This document shows, piece by piece, positions 29,124 through 38,859 of a DNA stretch of 64,000 nt (the stretch's first letter is position 1; every line of letters starts with the position of its first letter). Below the pieces are notes generated by a model. The model made no database searches and was not told the DNA's origin. It worked only from the letters and a program-made list of their open reading frames with translations. This DNA comes from Parcubacteria group bacterium Gr01-1014_20. GTDB lineage: Bacteria; Patescibacteriota; Minisyncoccia; UBA6257; 2-01-FULL-56-20. The stretch lies in contig VMFW01000005.1 of assembly GCA_007376265.1 (NCBI GenBank), positions 198 to 64,197 on the forward strand, read 5' to 3'. A program made the position numbers and the translations under genes.

Positions 29124-30152
29124 TTAAAAATTCATTTTAGAAACAGGATTTTTGTTACGGTCGACAAAGATGATATCGTGGTGGTTTTGGCTAATTTTCT
29201 CTTTGAAATCTAAAATTTTCTTTAAGTATTTTTCGTTCTCAACGTAGAGTTCTTCAGCTTTTCTTTCGCCAGAACTACCGGGGTGCATCCTTCCAAAAGT
29301 GGCTTTGGTGGGTAAGTAGTAGGAAAGATAACCTCGGGTGTTAAAGTTGAAATTAAAATCGGTTAGATGGTTGATCATCCTACTTCCCAGGGGGTATCTG
29401 GGGGCACACTCCAAATAGACGTTTTTGCTCGTACAGGCGCCCTGATCATTAAAGGTCGTGCCAGTTTGGAGCCAATAACTAAACCATTTTTCTTTCCTAG
29501 GGACTTCTCCTTTCGGAAAACTTCTTTTGGTAAAAAATTTGACCCTAAGCTTGGCTGTGGGAGAGAGCATTTTTTTAAAAAGTATTTTTTTCCTCTCGAG
29601 ACTGCCGAAGGCCAAGTCCTTAATTATCATAAATATCTTCTCGACAATATGCTTTAGTGTGTCGAGCGCGGTTTCATGGCCTACGAGGTGAGAATAAGAA
29701 ACGTGTGACTCTTGAAGCAACTGCCCCCCCTCCGACATGCCCCGACTTGATCCCCAGACCAGGGAAATGCTTTTATCGCTGTCGAAAACCTGGATACACT
29801 TCGAGAGCCACTCTCGATCAAGGAATCCATCTTGACCCCCAACGATACAAACATATTCTCCCCTGGCTCGATCAATACCTTTATCGGTGGCGTGCCAAGG
29901 CCCTTCATCTGGTTCGGAACAAACGAGAATGCGTGGGTTATTTTTACTGTATTCGTTCACGATGGTGAGGGTTTGATCGGTAGATGCTCCGTCCATAATA
30001 AGAAGTTCCCAGTTTTCATAGGTTTGACTCAGAACGGTTTCGATGGTTTCAGCAATGTATTTTTCGACATTAAAAACGGGGCAGATAATAGAGACGAGGG
30101 GAAGCGGGGGGTTGCCGTTTTTAGTGTTGGCTTTATTCCTATTGCCAGGCAT
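29124..30152 (-). CDS. glycosyltransferase family 2
   Basis: LVSIICPVFNVEKYIAETIETVLSQTY...MDGASTD. Confidence 0.75.
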   Translation of the reverse strand: MPGNRNKANTKNGNPPLPLVSIICPVFNVEKYIAETIETVLSQTYENWELLIMDGASTDQTLTIVNEYSKNNPRILVCSEPDEGPWHATDKGIDRARGEYVCIVGGQDGFLDREWLSKCIQVFDSDKSISLVWGSSRGMSEGGQLLQESHVSYSHLVGHETALDTLKHIVEKIFMIIKDLAFGSLERKKILFKKMLSPTAKLRVKFFTKRSFPKGEVPRKEKWFSYWLQTGTTFNDQGACTSKNVYLECAPRYPLGSRMINHLTDFNFNFNTRGYLSYYLPTKATFGRMHPGSSGERKAEELYVENEKYLKKILDFKEKISQNHHDIIFVDRNKNPVSKMNF

Positions 30153-30915
30153 AGAGGGTAAGAGTGGAAGCGTTGTAATCGACGTTGTAACCTAGATTCT
30201 TGAGAAACAACTTGAACTCATCGATTGTCATTCTATTTAGATTGTAGTGCCACTCAATAGTCATGGTTCTAATTTTCTTGAAGATATCCCTAGGGGCGGT
30301 GGTTAAAATTTCTTCCTCGGCTCCCTCGCAATCAATTTTCATGAAATCACAAGACTCGATTCGGTTGGATGAAAAAATATCTTCCAGGGTGACGGTTGAA
30401 ACCTCAACTGAAGAGAGTTCTGCTTCGTTACCGTAGCGTTTAAACGAACCTCCGCCAGAGTCACCGGGTCTAAAAAATAATGTCTGTTTTCCCCCTTTTT
30501 GACCTACGGCCGCCTGGAAGGGTTGGATGCGTTTTTCAAGTTTGTTGAGAGCGATGTTGGTTTTTAGCATTTCGAAGTTTCTAGGAAATGGCTCGAAGCT
30601 GAGAACTTTCACGTTCTTAGAGGCCTCCGCGGCTTTGACAGAAAAAACACCAATGTTGGCTCCGATATCGATGACGATTGAATTTTCTTTGATACGGGTT
30701 AATAGGCGATCATAAACCCCGACTCGCCAAATCTCATCGATCACGCGCATTTCGGTAGTATTCGCGTTGATGCAGTAGTTAATGCCGTTTTTCAGTCGCA
30801 AAATGATCTTGCCAACCCCGGAGAGTCCGAGACGATTTTTTAGGTACGCAAACGGGTTTCTATAGAACGATAAAGTAAAAAAAAATTCTTTGGTTAGGCG
30901 AACGATTTTTTCCAT
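30139..30915 (-). CDS. FkbM-family SAM-dependent methyltransferase
   Basis: 258 aa. IVIDIGANIGVFS...MKIDCEGAE motifs characteristic of FkbM. Confidence 0.65.
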   Translation of the reverse strand: MEKIVRLTKEFFFTLSFYRNPFAYLKNRLGLSGVGKIILRLKNGINYCINANTTEMRVIDEIWRVGVYDRLLTRIKENSIVIDIGANIGVFSVKAAEASKNVKVLSFEPFPRNFEMLKTNIALNKLEKRIQPFQAAVGQKGGKQTLFFRPGDSGGGSFKRYGNEAELSSVEVSTVTLEDIFSSNRIESCDFMKIDCEGAEEEILTTAPRDIFKKIRTMTIEWHYNLNRMTIDEFKLFLKNLGYNVDYNASTLTLYAWQ

Positions 30916-31376
30916 TCTTCACGGTTTTGATTTAGACAACGACAGGTTAGCGAGGAAGATAGCGTAGTTTTTAAGATTAAACTTCTCCCTGACAAGATTT
31001 TGGCCCTCCGACGAAACACATCTTCAAAGCCGTAGTCACTACCGACGACGGTAAGCACCGAGGTATTAACCGAGAGGACGATGGCGGGTAAAGAATTTCT
31101 TTCCTTGTTATAACGATAAATCCATTCAGCTACAAAGTGTTGATTATCAGCCGCTGAACCGCCGTTTCCACAAGTAAGAAGGCGGTGATTATTTTTAATA
31201 GCGTCTACAAGAAGGGTGGCTCCATGTTTGATGTCTCTTTTGATGTCTCTCAATATTTCGCTTACTATCATTTCCAAAACTTCCTTGTGTCGAAGGAAAA
31301 CTTTATCAACAATTCCCCCGAAGGTCCGTTCTTCGTCTATACGTTCTCGATAGAACACAAGCGAAGTATAGACCAT
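30894..31376 (-). pseudogene. truncated/frameshifted paralog of gmhA (SIS sedoheptulose-7-P isomerase)
   Basis: The first ~125 aa (LLTCGNGGSAADNQHFVAEWIYRYNKER...GSDYGFEDVF) align with GmhA at 34010..34591. The frame then reads nonsense. Similarity continues briefly in another frame (GQNLVREKFNLKNYAIFLAN) and stops. The C-terminal ~60 aa are missing. Confidence 0.5.
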
Positions 31377-31405
31377 TCAAAATAAACGGTCAAACTCGTG
31401 GTACA

Positions 31406-32773
31406 ATGGGTACGGTGCAAACTAAATTTTATATCACGCAAGAGCGAATTGCACAGGTCGCGGAGGTCATGTTTCTTGCCGCAATAATGTTTCTCATCGT
31501 ACGCAAGAATGACTATCCGTGGGCCCTCAAGCGTAGTAGCGATATTTTATTCCTACTCTCCGCGATTCTTACTGCCCTCCACCTTACCTTCGCCGTTAGA
31601 TGGTCGTCTTTTTTGCAAACGCATCGAAAGGTGATTGTTGGGTTCTCTCTTATTTTCTCTGGTCTTATACTAGCCTCCATAGTAAGCTACGTCCTTGATG
31701 GTGTACGAATTGATACTGAAGGAATTTTAATGTTTGGTCGATTCTTTGAAGTCGGCGTGGTCGTACTACTTGTAGGGTTTTTTGCCACTCGCAACCCTCA
31801 TTTTTTCAGGAAAGTCGCGATTACGCAGCTTTCTACACTGGTATACTTATGCGCCCTTTTTTCCCAACGCAATCCAAATGTCACAATGGGTCGCTTTGTG
31901 CTCTTCGAAAATCGATCCGATAACGTTTCTTACTATCTCATCGTCAGCCTGAGCCTGATGGTCGTACTTTTTCTCGAGAGGGTAAAACCGTTCAGGAAAT
32001 CTTTTTTTCTTTTTTACCTAGTGGCCATAGGGTTCTCGTCTATTCTACTGTGGACTTTTGTCCGGGCGAGCTGGGTTGGGTTCTCTGCGGCGGCGTTTTT
32101 CACACTTCTTATGTGGATACTTAAAACCAAAGCAGAGAAAGCGAAACGCGTCTTTATTGGTATAGTCCTTATAATTTTGTTGGCTCCTTTGGGATTCCTT
32201 GTTGCGCCACGGATGGTAAGAAACGGGGTAATTGGAAAGTTTTTCCCAGCCATTCAACGTCAGATCCAGGAAGAAGTTGGATTCGAGAAAGCTACGACAC
32301 TGGTTGTTGCTAAAACAGTCCTCGTAGATAAGCCTTCTTTCTCATTCTACGATCCTTTGCGTGTTTTTTTGTGGAAAGAGTATGCCAAAAAAATGATTGA
32401 GAGGCCGATAGGTTTTGGCATACACTTCACCACCTTTACTCGCGCAACATCTCAGTCAACGGTCCAGTGGAAGTTGATAAGTAGTCTTGGGCCACATAAC
32501 ACCATTCTTGAAATCCTAGTCCTCGGCGGATTTTTAGCTCTCTATGGTTTTCTTTATTTGTTTTACCTTGGATTCAAGAACTTACTGCAAGCATTTAAGG
32601 CCGGGAGTGATACTCGATGGTGCCTCTATGTTCTTGCTTCCATCTCTGGGCTAGCTGTTGCCTCATTTTTTGATCACATGATTACATTCCGTATTATGTG
32701 GGTGATGGTTGGCCTCGGAATTTACGCGAAGCATATACCGATAGTTTCTCCCTCGCCGTCAATCACTAGCTGA
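31406..32773 (+). CDS. O-antigen ligase/polymerase-like membrane protein (Wzy_C domain family)
   Basis: 455 aa with ~10-12 TM helices and a central large loop. It is the only plus-strand gene inside the long minus-strand block. Confidence 0.55.
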   Translation: MGTVQTKFYITQERIAQVAEVMFLAAIMFLIVRKNDYPWALKRSSDILFLLSAILTALHLTFAVRWSSFLQTHRKVIVGFSLIFSGLILASIVSYVLDGVRIDTEGILMFGRFFEVGVVVLLVGFFATRNPHFFRKVAITQLSTLVYLCALFSQRNPNVTMGRFVLFENRSDNVSYYLIVSLSLMVVLFLERVKPFRKSFFLFYLVAIGFSSILLWTFVRASWVGFSAAAFFTLLMWILKTKAEKAKRVFIGIVLIILLAPLGFLVAPRMVRNGVIGKFFPAIQRQIQEEVGFEKATTLVVAKTVLVDKPSFSFYDPLRVFLWKEYAKKMIERPIGFGIHFTTFTRATSQSTVQWKLISSLGPHNTILEILVLGGFLALYGFLYLFYLGFKNLLQAFKAGSDTRWCLYVLASISGLAVASFFDHMITFRIMWVMVGLGIYAKHIPIVSPSPSITS

Positions 32774-32798
32774 AAAAAGTTTTTCGCGTCCCAAGACG

Positions 32799-34013
32799 CT
32801 AATTGGGTTTCGAGCTAGTCATGAGTTGCTCCAGAATGGCAAGGTAATGATCGAGGCTCATTTCACGATAGACGAATTGTTGGCCCGATGTCGCAATCTG
32901 GGCATACCGCTCTGGGTTCTCAATCAAGAATTCTATCTTTTCGGCAATCTGGTCTGGCCGCTCGGGCTCCACTAAAAGAGTTTGCATACCATCTTCCAAA
33001 ACGGCGGCAACCGCAGTGCCACGCGCGACAATGGTTGGTATACCAGCAGCCATCGCCTCAAAAGCTGCGAGACTCCAAATTGTAATGTTGCTTGGATGCA
33101 CAAAGACATGGCTCTTCTTCACTAAATCGACATATTCGTTGTCGGAAACACCAGAAAATTTAACGTTAATAGCCTCGGCCACACCCGAATTTTTCAAAAC
33201 TGCTTCGAATTTTTCACGGTACGATCGATTTCTGTAAAAATCTTTAGCCACGATAACACTAGACGCGTCGTATCCTCGATGCCGCAAAAGCGCAATTGCC
33301 CCAACAATATCTTCAAAACGCCGGCTTGGGCTTAATGCCCCAACCCCTAAGACAATGACGGGTTGAGTCGGGTGAATACCAGAACGACAACGTTGCGAAA
33401 ATTTTGACACATCAACGGGATTCCGAACAATCGTGGTCGGACGCCGCAATACACGCGCAAGACGTTCTGAAATTTTGTCATACACCAAGATTTGATCAAT
33501 ATATCTGGCATAACGTTTAGCAACTATTAATTCATACCACGCCGCACAACGCGACAAGATGTCGAAAAACAAGTTGGACTTTTTATAGTGAAAAAAAGGC
33601 GGATTGTTCATTATCCATATTGCCCGAACATGGGGGTATCTCATCTTGTAGCTAGAACCGACCTTATAAGAGTAGTCATTTTCGCAAATCACCGCATCAT
33701 AATCGGGTTCAAGCGCGGAGAGCATCTGTGCGACAACCCGATTGTCTGCCTTATTTTTCTCTAACCGAGAAAGTATTTTCCCAAACAAGATTTGATGTTT
33801 GGCTTGGACCCTGATTCGAGTGTAAGCGTTAGGCGCAATAACATTAATAGTCAATCCACGATTGAGGTTCGGGAAACATCTTTCGGGATTAAATGCGGCA
33901 GTGAAGATGCGCACGGTGTGACCCCTCTCGATCAATCCGCGCGACAACGAAAACACCATACGGGTATCACCGCTCTCGGTAGTTAAGGTAAGGTGCAAAA
34001 AAGCAATCTTCAT
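32799..34013 (-). CDS. glycosyltransferase family 4 (GT-B, retaining)
   Basis: 404 aa. C-terminal EAMAAGIPTIV...E-x7-E region. Paralog of 34674..35888. Confidence 0.7.
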   Translation of the reverse strand: MKIAFLHLTLTTESGDTRMVFSLSRGLIERGHTVRIFTAAFNPERCFPNLNRGLTINVIAPNAYTRIRVQAKHQILFGKILSRLEKNKADNRVVAQMLSALEPDYDAVICENDYSYKVGSSYKMRYPHVRAIWIMNNPPFFHYKKSNLFFDILSRCAAWYELIVAKRYARYIDQILVYDKISERLARVLRRPTTIVRNPVDVSKFSQRCRSGIHPTQPVIVLGVGALSPSRRFEDIVGAIALLRHRGYDASSVIVAKDFYRNRSYREKFEAVLKNSGVAEAINVKFSGVSDNEYVDLVKKSHVFVHPSNITIWSLAAFEAMAAGIPTIVARGTAVAAVLEDGMQTLLVEPERPDQIAEKIEFLIENPERYAQIATSGQQFVYREMSLDHYLAILEQLMTSSKPN

Positions 34014-34591
34014 AGAGCAGTATCAACACACTCACACCAAGTGTGATAAATGAGCTCGTGCATCTCCTGGATACGCGCCGTCTCTATTGAGGGAATAGCA
34101 ATACATAAATCCACGGCGGGGTTCCCCTTGAGGGTAGCACCCTTCTCTCCGGTTAGAACAATAACTTTGAGGGTTTTTTCTTTAGCAACCCGAATAGCTT
34201 TCAGGATATTTGGTGATTGGCCGCTCGTTGTTATAGCAATGAGAACGTCCCCTTTTTCACCCAAGGCATTGATTTGGCGACCAAATATATTTTCAAAACC
34301 ATAATCGTTCCCGATAGCGGTTAGGGCAGAGGTATCGGTAGTCAGGGCTATCGCTTTTAATGGCTTCCGTTCTTTCTTGTAACGACAAATCCATTCAGCC
34401 GCGAGGTGTTGGCTATCAGCAGATGACCCCCCGTTGCCGCAAATAAAAAGACTGTTGTTTGTTTTGGTGACAGAAATTAGGATTTCTGCTCCGCGGGATA
34501 TCTCTTCTCTGAGCGTTTCAAAAGTCTCACTAACCGTCTCGGCGTGACGCGAGAAAGCAGTTTTAATGATGTCTTTGGTAAATAAACTCAT
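34010..34591 (-). CDS. gmhA: sedoheptulose-7-phosphate isomerase GmhA (SIS domain)
   Basis: 193 aa. FICGNGGSSADSQHLAAE...IAITTSGQSPNIL, full-length phosphoheptose isomerase pattern. Confidence 0.8.
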   Translation of the reverse strand: MSLFTKDIIKTAFSRHAETVSETFETLREEISRGAEILISVTKTNNSLFICGNGGSSADSQHLAAEWICRYKKERKPLKAIALTTDTSALTAIGNDYGFENIFGRQINALGEKGDVLIAITTSGQSPNILKAIRVAKEKTLKVIVLTGEKGATLKGNPAVDLCIAIPSIETARIQEMHELIYHTWCECVDTAL

Positions 34592-34673
34592 ACTCGGCTT
34601 ACGCTACCTAATACTAGAGAAAAACTGGCTTGAGGGGAAGACCGTTAATATCGATTACAGGAGACGGCGATAT

Positions 34674-35888
34674 TTAGACGAATAGGGCTAGCGTCTCTCT
34701 GGCGTATCTATCCCATGACATTTCTTTTCGAGTAAGTTCCTGTCCGGCTGAAGCAATGGCGTGGTACTTATCGGGATGATCGACTAAGAACTTAATTTTT
34801 TTGGCAATTTCCTTGGGTGCGCGCGGTTTAACAAAAAGAGCATTTTCTCCATCACGCAAAACTTCAGTAGCAGTTGCCGTCTCACAAACCACAAGTGGTA
34901 GTCCAGCAGCCATGCCTTCAAAATTAACAAGACCCCAGCCGTGATTACCCGGAGGAGGAACGTAAACAGCCTGAACAAAAACATCACTCTCTCGATAGGC
35001 TCGTCGCAACTCCTCATCGGAGACGCCGCTAAATTTAAAATCAACATAGGGTTGGAGGTTTTTGCTCTCAACTAACTTCACCAGGTCATTTCGACATTTA
35101 TCTTCTTGCCAAATGTTATTGGCAATAACGAGCAAGGAGGCGTCGTAGCCCCAGCCCCTTAAGATACTTACGGCTAAAACTACGTCGTCGTATCTTCGAT
35201 AGGGATTAAGGGCGCCAAGAGCAAAGATTCTTACTTGTAGATTTTGGGATTTCTCGGGTGAGATTTTTTTGGCGGGAGAATAGAACTTATCAAAATCGAC
35301 GCCGGCTCTCACAACAGACACATCTTTGAATCCTCTGTCTTCACTCCATCTTTTGTTAAAAAAATCTAAAACCGCCACTCGATCTATGGCTCGAAAATAG
35401 CGGGAGCTTGAAAGCTCTTTGAAAAACTGGAAGGCTAACCCCAAGATATTTACGAGGGGGTTACCTCTTTTCAGGAACATAAATGGTGGAGCGTTTTCAG
35501 TCCAAACGATTTTAGTTTTCGGATTAATCTTCTTGTAGAAATAACCGGTCCGATAAGCAAAGTCGTGAATATTCACAACATCGAAGTCGCGGTCCATAAA
35601 GCCTGCTATCTGCTTTGAAATGTCGACGAAGTCTTTTTCCTGTCGGACCTTCCTGGAAATCCAATCAAAGAAATTCTTGGGCTGGCCTGACCAAATTATT
35701 GGACGATTGGGAGCGATGATCCTGATGTCGAGGTTATGAGTTATCTCTTTGTAGTACGCCGCATTAAAGTCTGGAGCGTATATAATAACCTTGTGGCCAA
35801 GCTTCTCGAGGGAGCGGGCTAGACCAAAAATGAGCCTAGGCCCACCAGCAACAAACGACAGGGTGAAGCAGACAATACCAACTTTCAT
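34674..35888 (-). CDS. glycosyltransferase family 4
   Basis: 404 aa. FEGMAAGLPLVV GT4 C-terminal motif. Confidence 0.7.
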   Translation of the reverse strand: MKVGIVCFTLSFVAGGPRLIFGLARSLEKLGHKVIIYAPDFNAAYYKEITHNLDIRIIAPNRPIIWSGQPKNFFDWISRKVRQEKDFVDISKQIAGFMDRDFDVVNIHDFAYRTGYFYKKINPKTKIVWTENAPPFMFLKRGNPLVNILGLAFQFFKELSSSRYFRAIDRVAVLDFFNKRWSEDRGFKDVSVVRAGVDFDKFYSPAKKISPEKSQNLQVRIFALGALNPYRRYDDVVLAVSILRGWGYDASLLVIANNIWQEDKCRNDLVKLVESKNLQPYVDFKFSGVSDEELRRAYRESDVFVQAVYVPPPGNHGWGLVNFEGMAAGLPLVVCETATATEVLRDGENALFVKPRAPKEIAKKIKFLVDHPDKYHAIASAGQELTRKEMSWDRYARETLALFV

Positions 35889-35896
35889 TTGAAAAT

Positions 35897-37162
35897 CTAA
35901 ATTATGTGGGGGGCGGGAATAGGGATGATGAAATGCCCGCCTTTTTTTATAAACTCTTCCTCTTGATTAAGGATCCCTGCGGCATAATTCCACACTAGCA
36001 GGAGATAATAATCAGGAGGACCATCTTCTTGAATTTTCTCGATCGGGAAAACCGGGATGTGCGTGCCGGGGGTAAATTTACCGTGCTTGAAGTAGGTTTT
36101 ATCGATTATGTAATCAAGATATTGGGTGCTAATGCCGCAAAAGTTCAGAAGAGTGTTGCCCTTTGCTGGAGCGCCGTAACCAACAATTTTTTTGCCTTGC
36201 TTTTTTAGATCGTCAAGAATTTTAATTAACTCTTCCTTTACGTGCTGTGCTCGTGATGAGAGACTCTTGTATGGCTCTCGTGTGTCGAGTTTCAGGCCAA
36301 GTTCGGATTGGATCATCTCTTGCACGGTGGGTTTTACGAAGTGGGGTCCGTCAGCATGCTCGGCAAAAACACGAAGCGAGCCCCCTTGTGTATTTACCTC
36401 TTCGACATCGAATATCTTCATGCCTTCGGACTCAATAAGTTTTTTGAGTGGACGTAAGGCGTAGAAAGAGTGGTGCTCGTGGTAAACATTGTCAAATTGA
36501 TTGTTTGTGAGTAGTTTTACAAAGTATTGCACTTCAAAAATAAAGACTCCATGGGGATCAAGAATTAGTTTTACGCCTCTTACAAAATCGTGGACGTCAT
36601 CCACATGCGCAAGGACGTTGTTGGCAAGAACAAGACTCGCCTTCCCGTTTTCTTCTTCGATTTTCTTTGCGGTGATTTCAGTAAAAAAATCGGTGATCAT
36701 GGGGATCCCAGCGGCAGAAGCAACGGGTGTAACGTTTTTTGCTGGATCGATGCCTAAAACCTTGGCCCCGAATTCTTTGAGGGGGCGGAGAAGCACGCCA
36801 TCATTTGCAGCAATATCAATAGTAAGTTTTTTAGCAAGTTCGGGGAAGCGTTCTATGATAGAGTGGGCGTACCTCCTAAAATGTGCCACTGCCTGGGGAG
36901 ATCCTGAGGTATAAAAGGCGTAGTTGTCTCCGAATAACAGCTCGGGATCAACTATATTTACCAGCATTACGAGTCCACAATCTTCGCAAACCTCAACATC
37001 GAGTGGATACTTGGCTTCAGGTTTATCTAGGTTTTCTTTTTCCACAAAGGCATCCGCGAGGGGAGTGTCTCCTAAACTCAAGAACTGAAAAAGTCGTGAG
37101 CCCCCACATATGCGACACGTTGTTCTCCTTTTTGCCGACCCGGATGTCTTATTGTTACTCAT
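35897..37162 (-). CDS. SAM-dependent C-methyltransferase with N-terminal zinc ribbon (TylCIII/NDP-hexose C-methyltransferase-like)
   Basis: 421 aa. CRICGGSRL...CEDCG zinc ribbon, a methyltransferase core (IDIAANDGVLL) and the C-methyltransferase C-terminal domain. Confidence 0.6.
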   Translation of the reverse strand: MSNNKTSGSAKRRTTCRICGGSRLFQFLSLGDTPLADAFVEKENLDKPEAKYPLDVEVCEDCGLVMLVNIVDPELLFGDNYAFYTSGSPQAVAHFRRYAHSIIERFPELAKKLTIDIAANDGVLLRPLKEFGAKVLGIDPAKNVTPVASAAGIPMITDFFTEITAKKIEEENGKASLVLANNVLAHVDDVHDFVRGVKLILDPHGVFIFEVQYFVKLLTNNQFDNVYHEHHSFYALRPLKKLIESEGMKIFDVEEVNTQGGSLRVFAEHADGPHFVKPTVQEMIQSELGLKLDTREPYKSLSSRAQHVKEELIKILDDLKKQGKKIVGYGAPAKGNTLLNFCGISTQYLDYIIDKTYFKHGKFTPGTHIPVFPIEKIQEDGPPDYYLLLVWNYAAGILNQEEEFIKKGGHFIIPIPAPHII

Positions 37163-37201
37163 TTTGAATACTAAATAGGATAGGTCATTCTAGAACACGA
37201 A

Positions 37202-38149
37202 TCAAGTAGTTTTATCTCTTCGCGTATCATTCTCATGCCACTCGATCGTCTTTTTAAGCCCCTCCCCGAGAGACACCTTGGGTTTGAAACCAAACTTTTC
37301 TTTAGCTCGATGCGTGTCCATAATTCGGTACATTTGACCATTTGGCTTAGATGTGTCCCATCTTATTTCGCCTTCAAAACCAACGAGTTTCGAGATTAAA
37401 TTGACAAGCTCCTTAATTGAAATCCCTACACCGGTGCCAAGGTTGACAGGTTCGGAATCATCATAGTTTTCGGCGGCTGTTAAAATTCCTTCTACCGCAT
37501 CATCAACATAGAGAAAATCGCGCACCGGCTCTCCAGTCCCCCACACCTCTATGGACGAACGGCCCGAGCGCTTTGCTTCTACTACCCTGTGGATTAAAGA
37601 TGGCATCAAATAACCGCTTTCCACCCTTTCTCGCGGACCGTAGGTATTTGTCGGCATAAGATGAATAATATCCATACCGTACTGACGTCGGTATGCCTGC
37701 CCTTGGACGAGAAGCATTTTCTTAGCAAGACCGTAAGAAATATTTATAAATGACTGGGGGCCCATCCAGAGGTCTTCTTCTTTTAGTGGCGTGGGGGCGT
37801 TCTCTGGGTAGGCGGCCGCACTTCCAATCGTGATGATTTTTTTTACTTTCGCTTGTCTTGCGGCCTCGATAAGTTGAACACCCATAATCAGGTTGTCGTA
37901 GAAAAGCTCGCCGGGGATTTTCAGGCGACGCAAAAGATCTCCAGTAACTGCGGCCAAATCAAAGATAATCTCTTGTCCCTGTACCGCGCGAACACAGCCC
38001 TCCCATTTGCGCAAATCGAACTCCTTTGAGGTCGAGACAAAGATATTTTTTTCGGGGACGCCGCGCTTCTTGAGTCCCTCCACCACGTGCGAACCCAAGA
38101 AACCAGATCCTCCAGTAACTAATATTTTTTTATCTTTAAGGGAAAGCAA
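37202..38149 (-). CDS. GDP-L-fucose synthase-like 3,5-epimerase/4-reductase (Fcl/DmhB family)
   Basis: KILVTGGSGFLGSHV...YGLAKK...YGP pattern. Paralog of 48104..49048. Confidence 0.7.
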   Translation of the reverse strand: MLSLKDKKILVTGGSGFLGSHVVEGLKKRGVPEKNIFVSTSKEFDLRKWEGCVRAVQGQEIIFDLAAVTGDLLRRLKIPGELFYDNLIMGVQLIEAARQAKVKKIITIGSAAAYPENAPTPLKEEDLWMGPQSFINISYGLAKKMLLVQGQAYRRQYGMDIIHLMPTNTYGPRERVESGYLMPSLIHRVVEAKRSGRSSIEVWGTGEPVRDFLYVDDAVEGILTAAENYDDSEPVNLGTGVGISIKELVNLISKLVGFEGEIRWDTSKPNGQMYRIMDTHRAKEKFGFKPKVSLGEGLKKTIEWHENDTRRDKTT

Positions 38150-38155
38150 GGTGAA

Positions 38156-38857
38156 TTACGTGTATTTATTGGTTTTAAATTCTTCTGGACGGCCATCGAG
38201 GACTAATTCTGTCTCGTTGCTCCCAATGTAAAATTCGTAAATTTTTTGCGCGACTTCATCTGGATCCATGCCATATGTAAACTCCTCTCTGGTTTTGACT
38301 CTGGTTAAGTAAACCCCTTTGACCCGAATGTTTTTTTTTCTTGCTTCGAGGGCTAGGGAGTTGGTGAAACCTCGAAGACCCCATTTGGTTGTGCCGTAAA
38401 GAATGTTAGTTTCTTTGAACTCGAGGCCGACGATAGAATTCATATTTATGATGGTCCCTCCACCCATCCTCGTAAAACTTTTGTAGATTCTTCTTGAAAG
38501 TTTTATCAAGGAAACCAAGTTGGTTGTGAGAATCTTGTCGATTTTTGTGTCGTCTATATCCTCGAATGGAACTCCGTAAGCGCTTAAGATGTCAGCGGCG
38601 TTATTGACCAGGACGCTTGATCCACCCCCCCTCAACGCCTCTAGCTCTAAGAGATTGATGGTTTTTGACAGCATGAGGTCGCCGAGAACCTGGGAGCAGG
38701 CTACTCCCAGCGCCTTAATCCTCTCTGAAACTTTTTCTAATTTGTCTTTGTTCCTCCCATGAATGACTAGGTCGTAACCGTTCGTCGCAAAAGCAATGGC
38801 CAAAGACTCACCCAAGCCCGTACTGGATCCGGTAATAATTGCTTTTTTTCGAATCAT
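38156..38857 (-). CDS. short-chain dehydrogenase/reductase
   Basis: KAIITGSSTGLGESLA...NNAA...YGTTK. Confidence 0.7.
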   Translation of the reverse strand: MIRKKAIITGSSTGLGESLAIAFATNGYDLVIHGRNKDKLEKVSERIKALGVACSQVLGDLMLSKTINLLELEALRGGGSSVLVNNAADILSAYGVPFEDIDDTKIDKILTTNLVSLIKLSRRIYKSFTRMGGGTIINMNSIVGLEFKETNILYGTTKWGLRGFTNSLALEARKKNIRVKGVYLTRVKTREEFTYGMDPDEVAQKIYEFYIGSNETELVLDGRPEEFKTNKYT

Positions 38858-38859
38858 GA

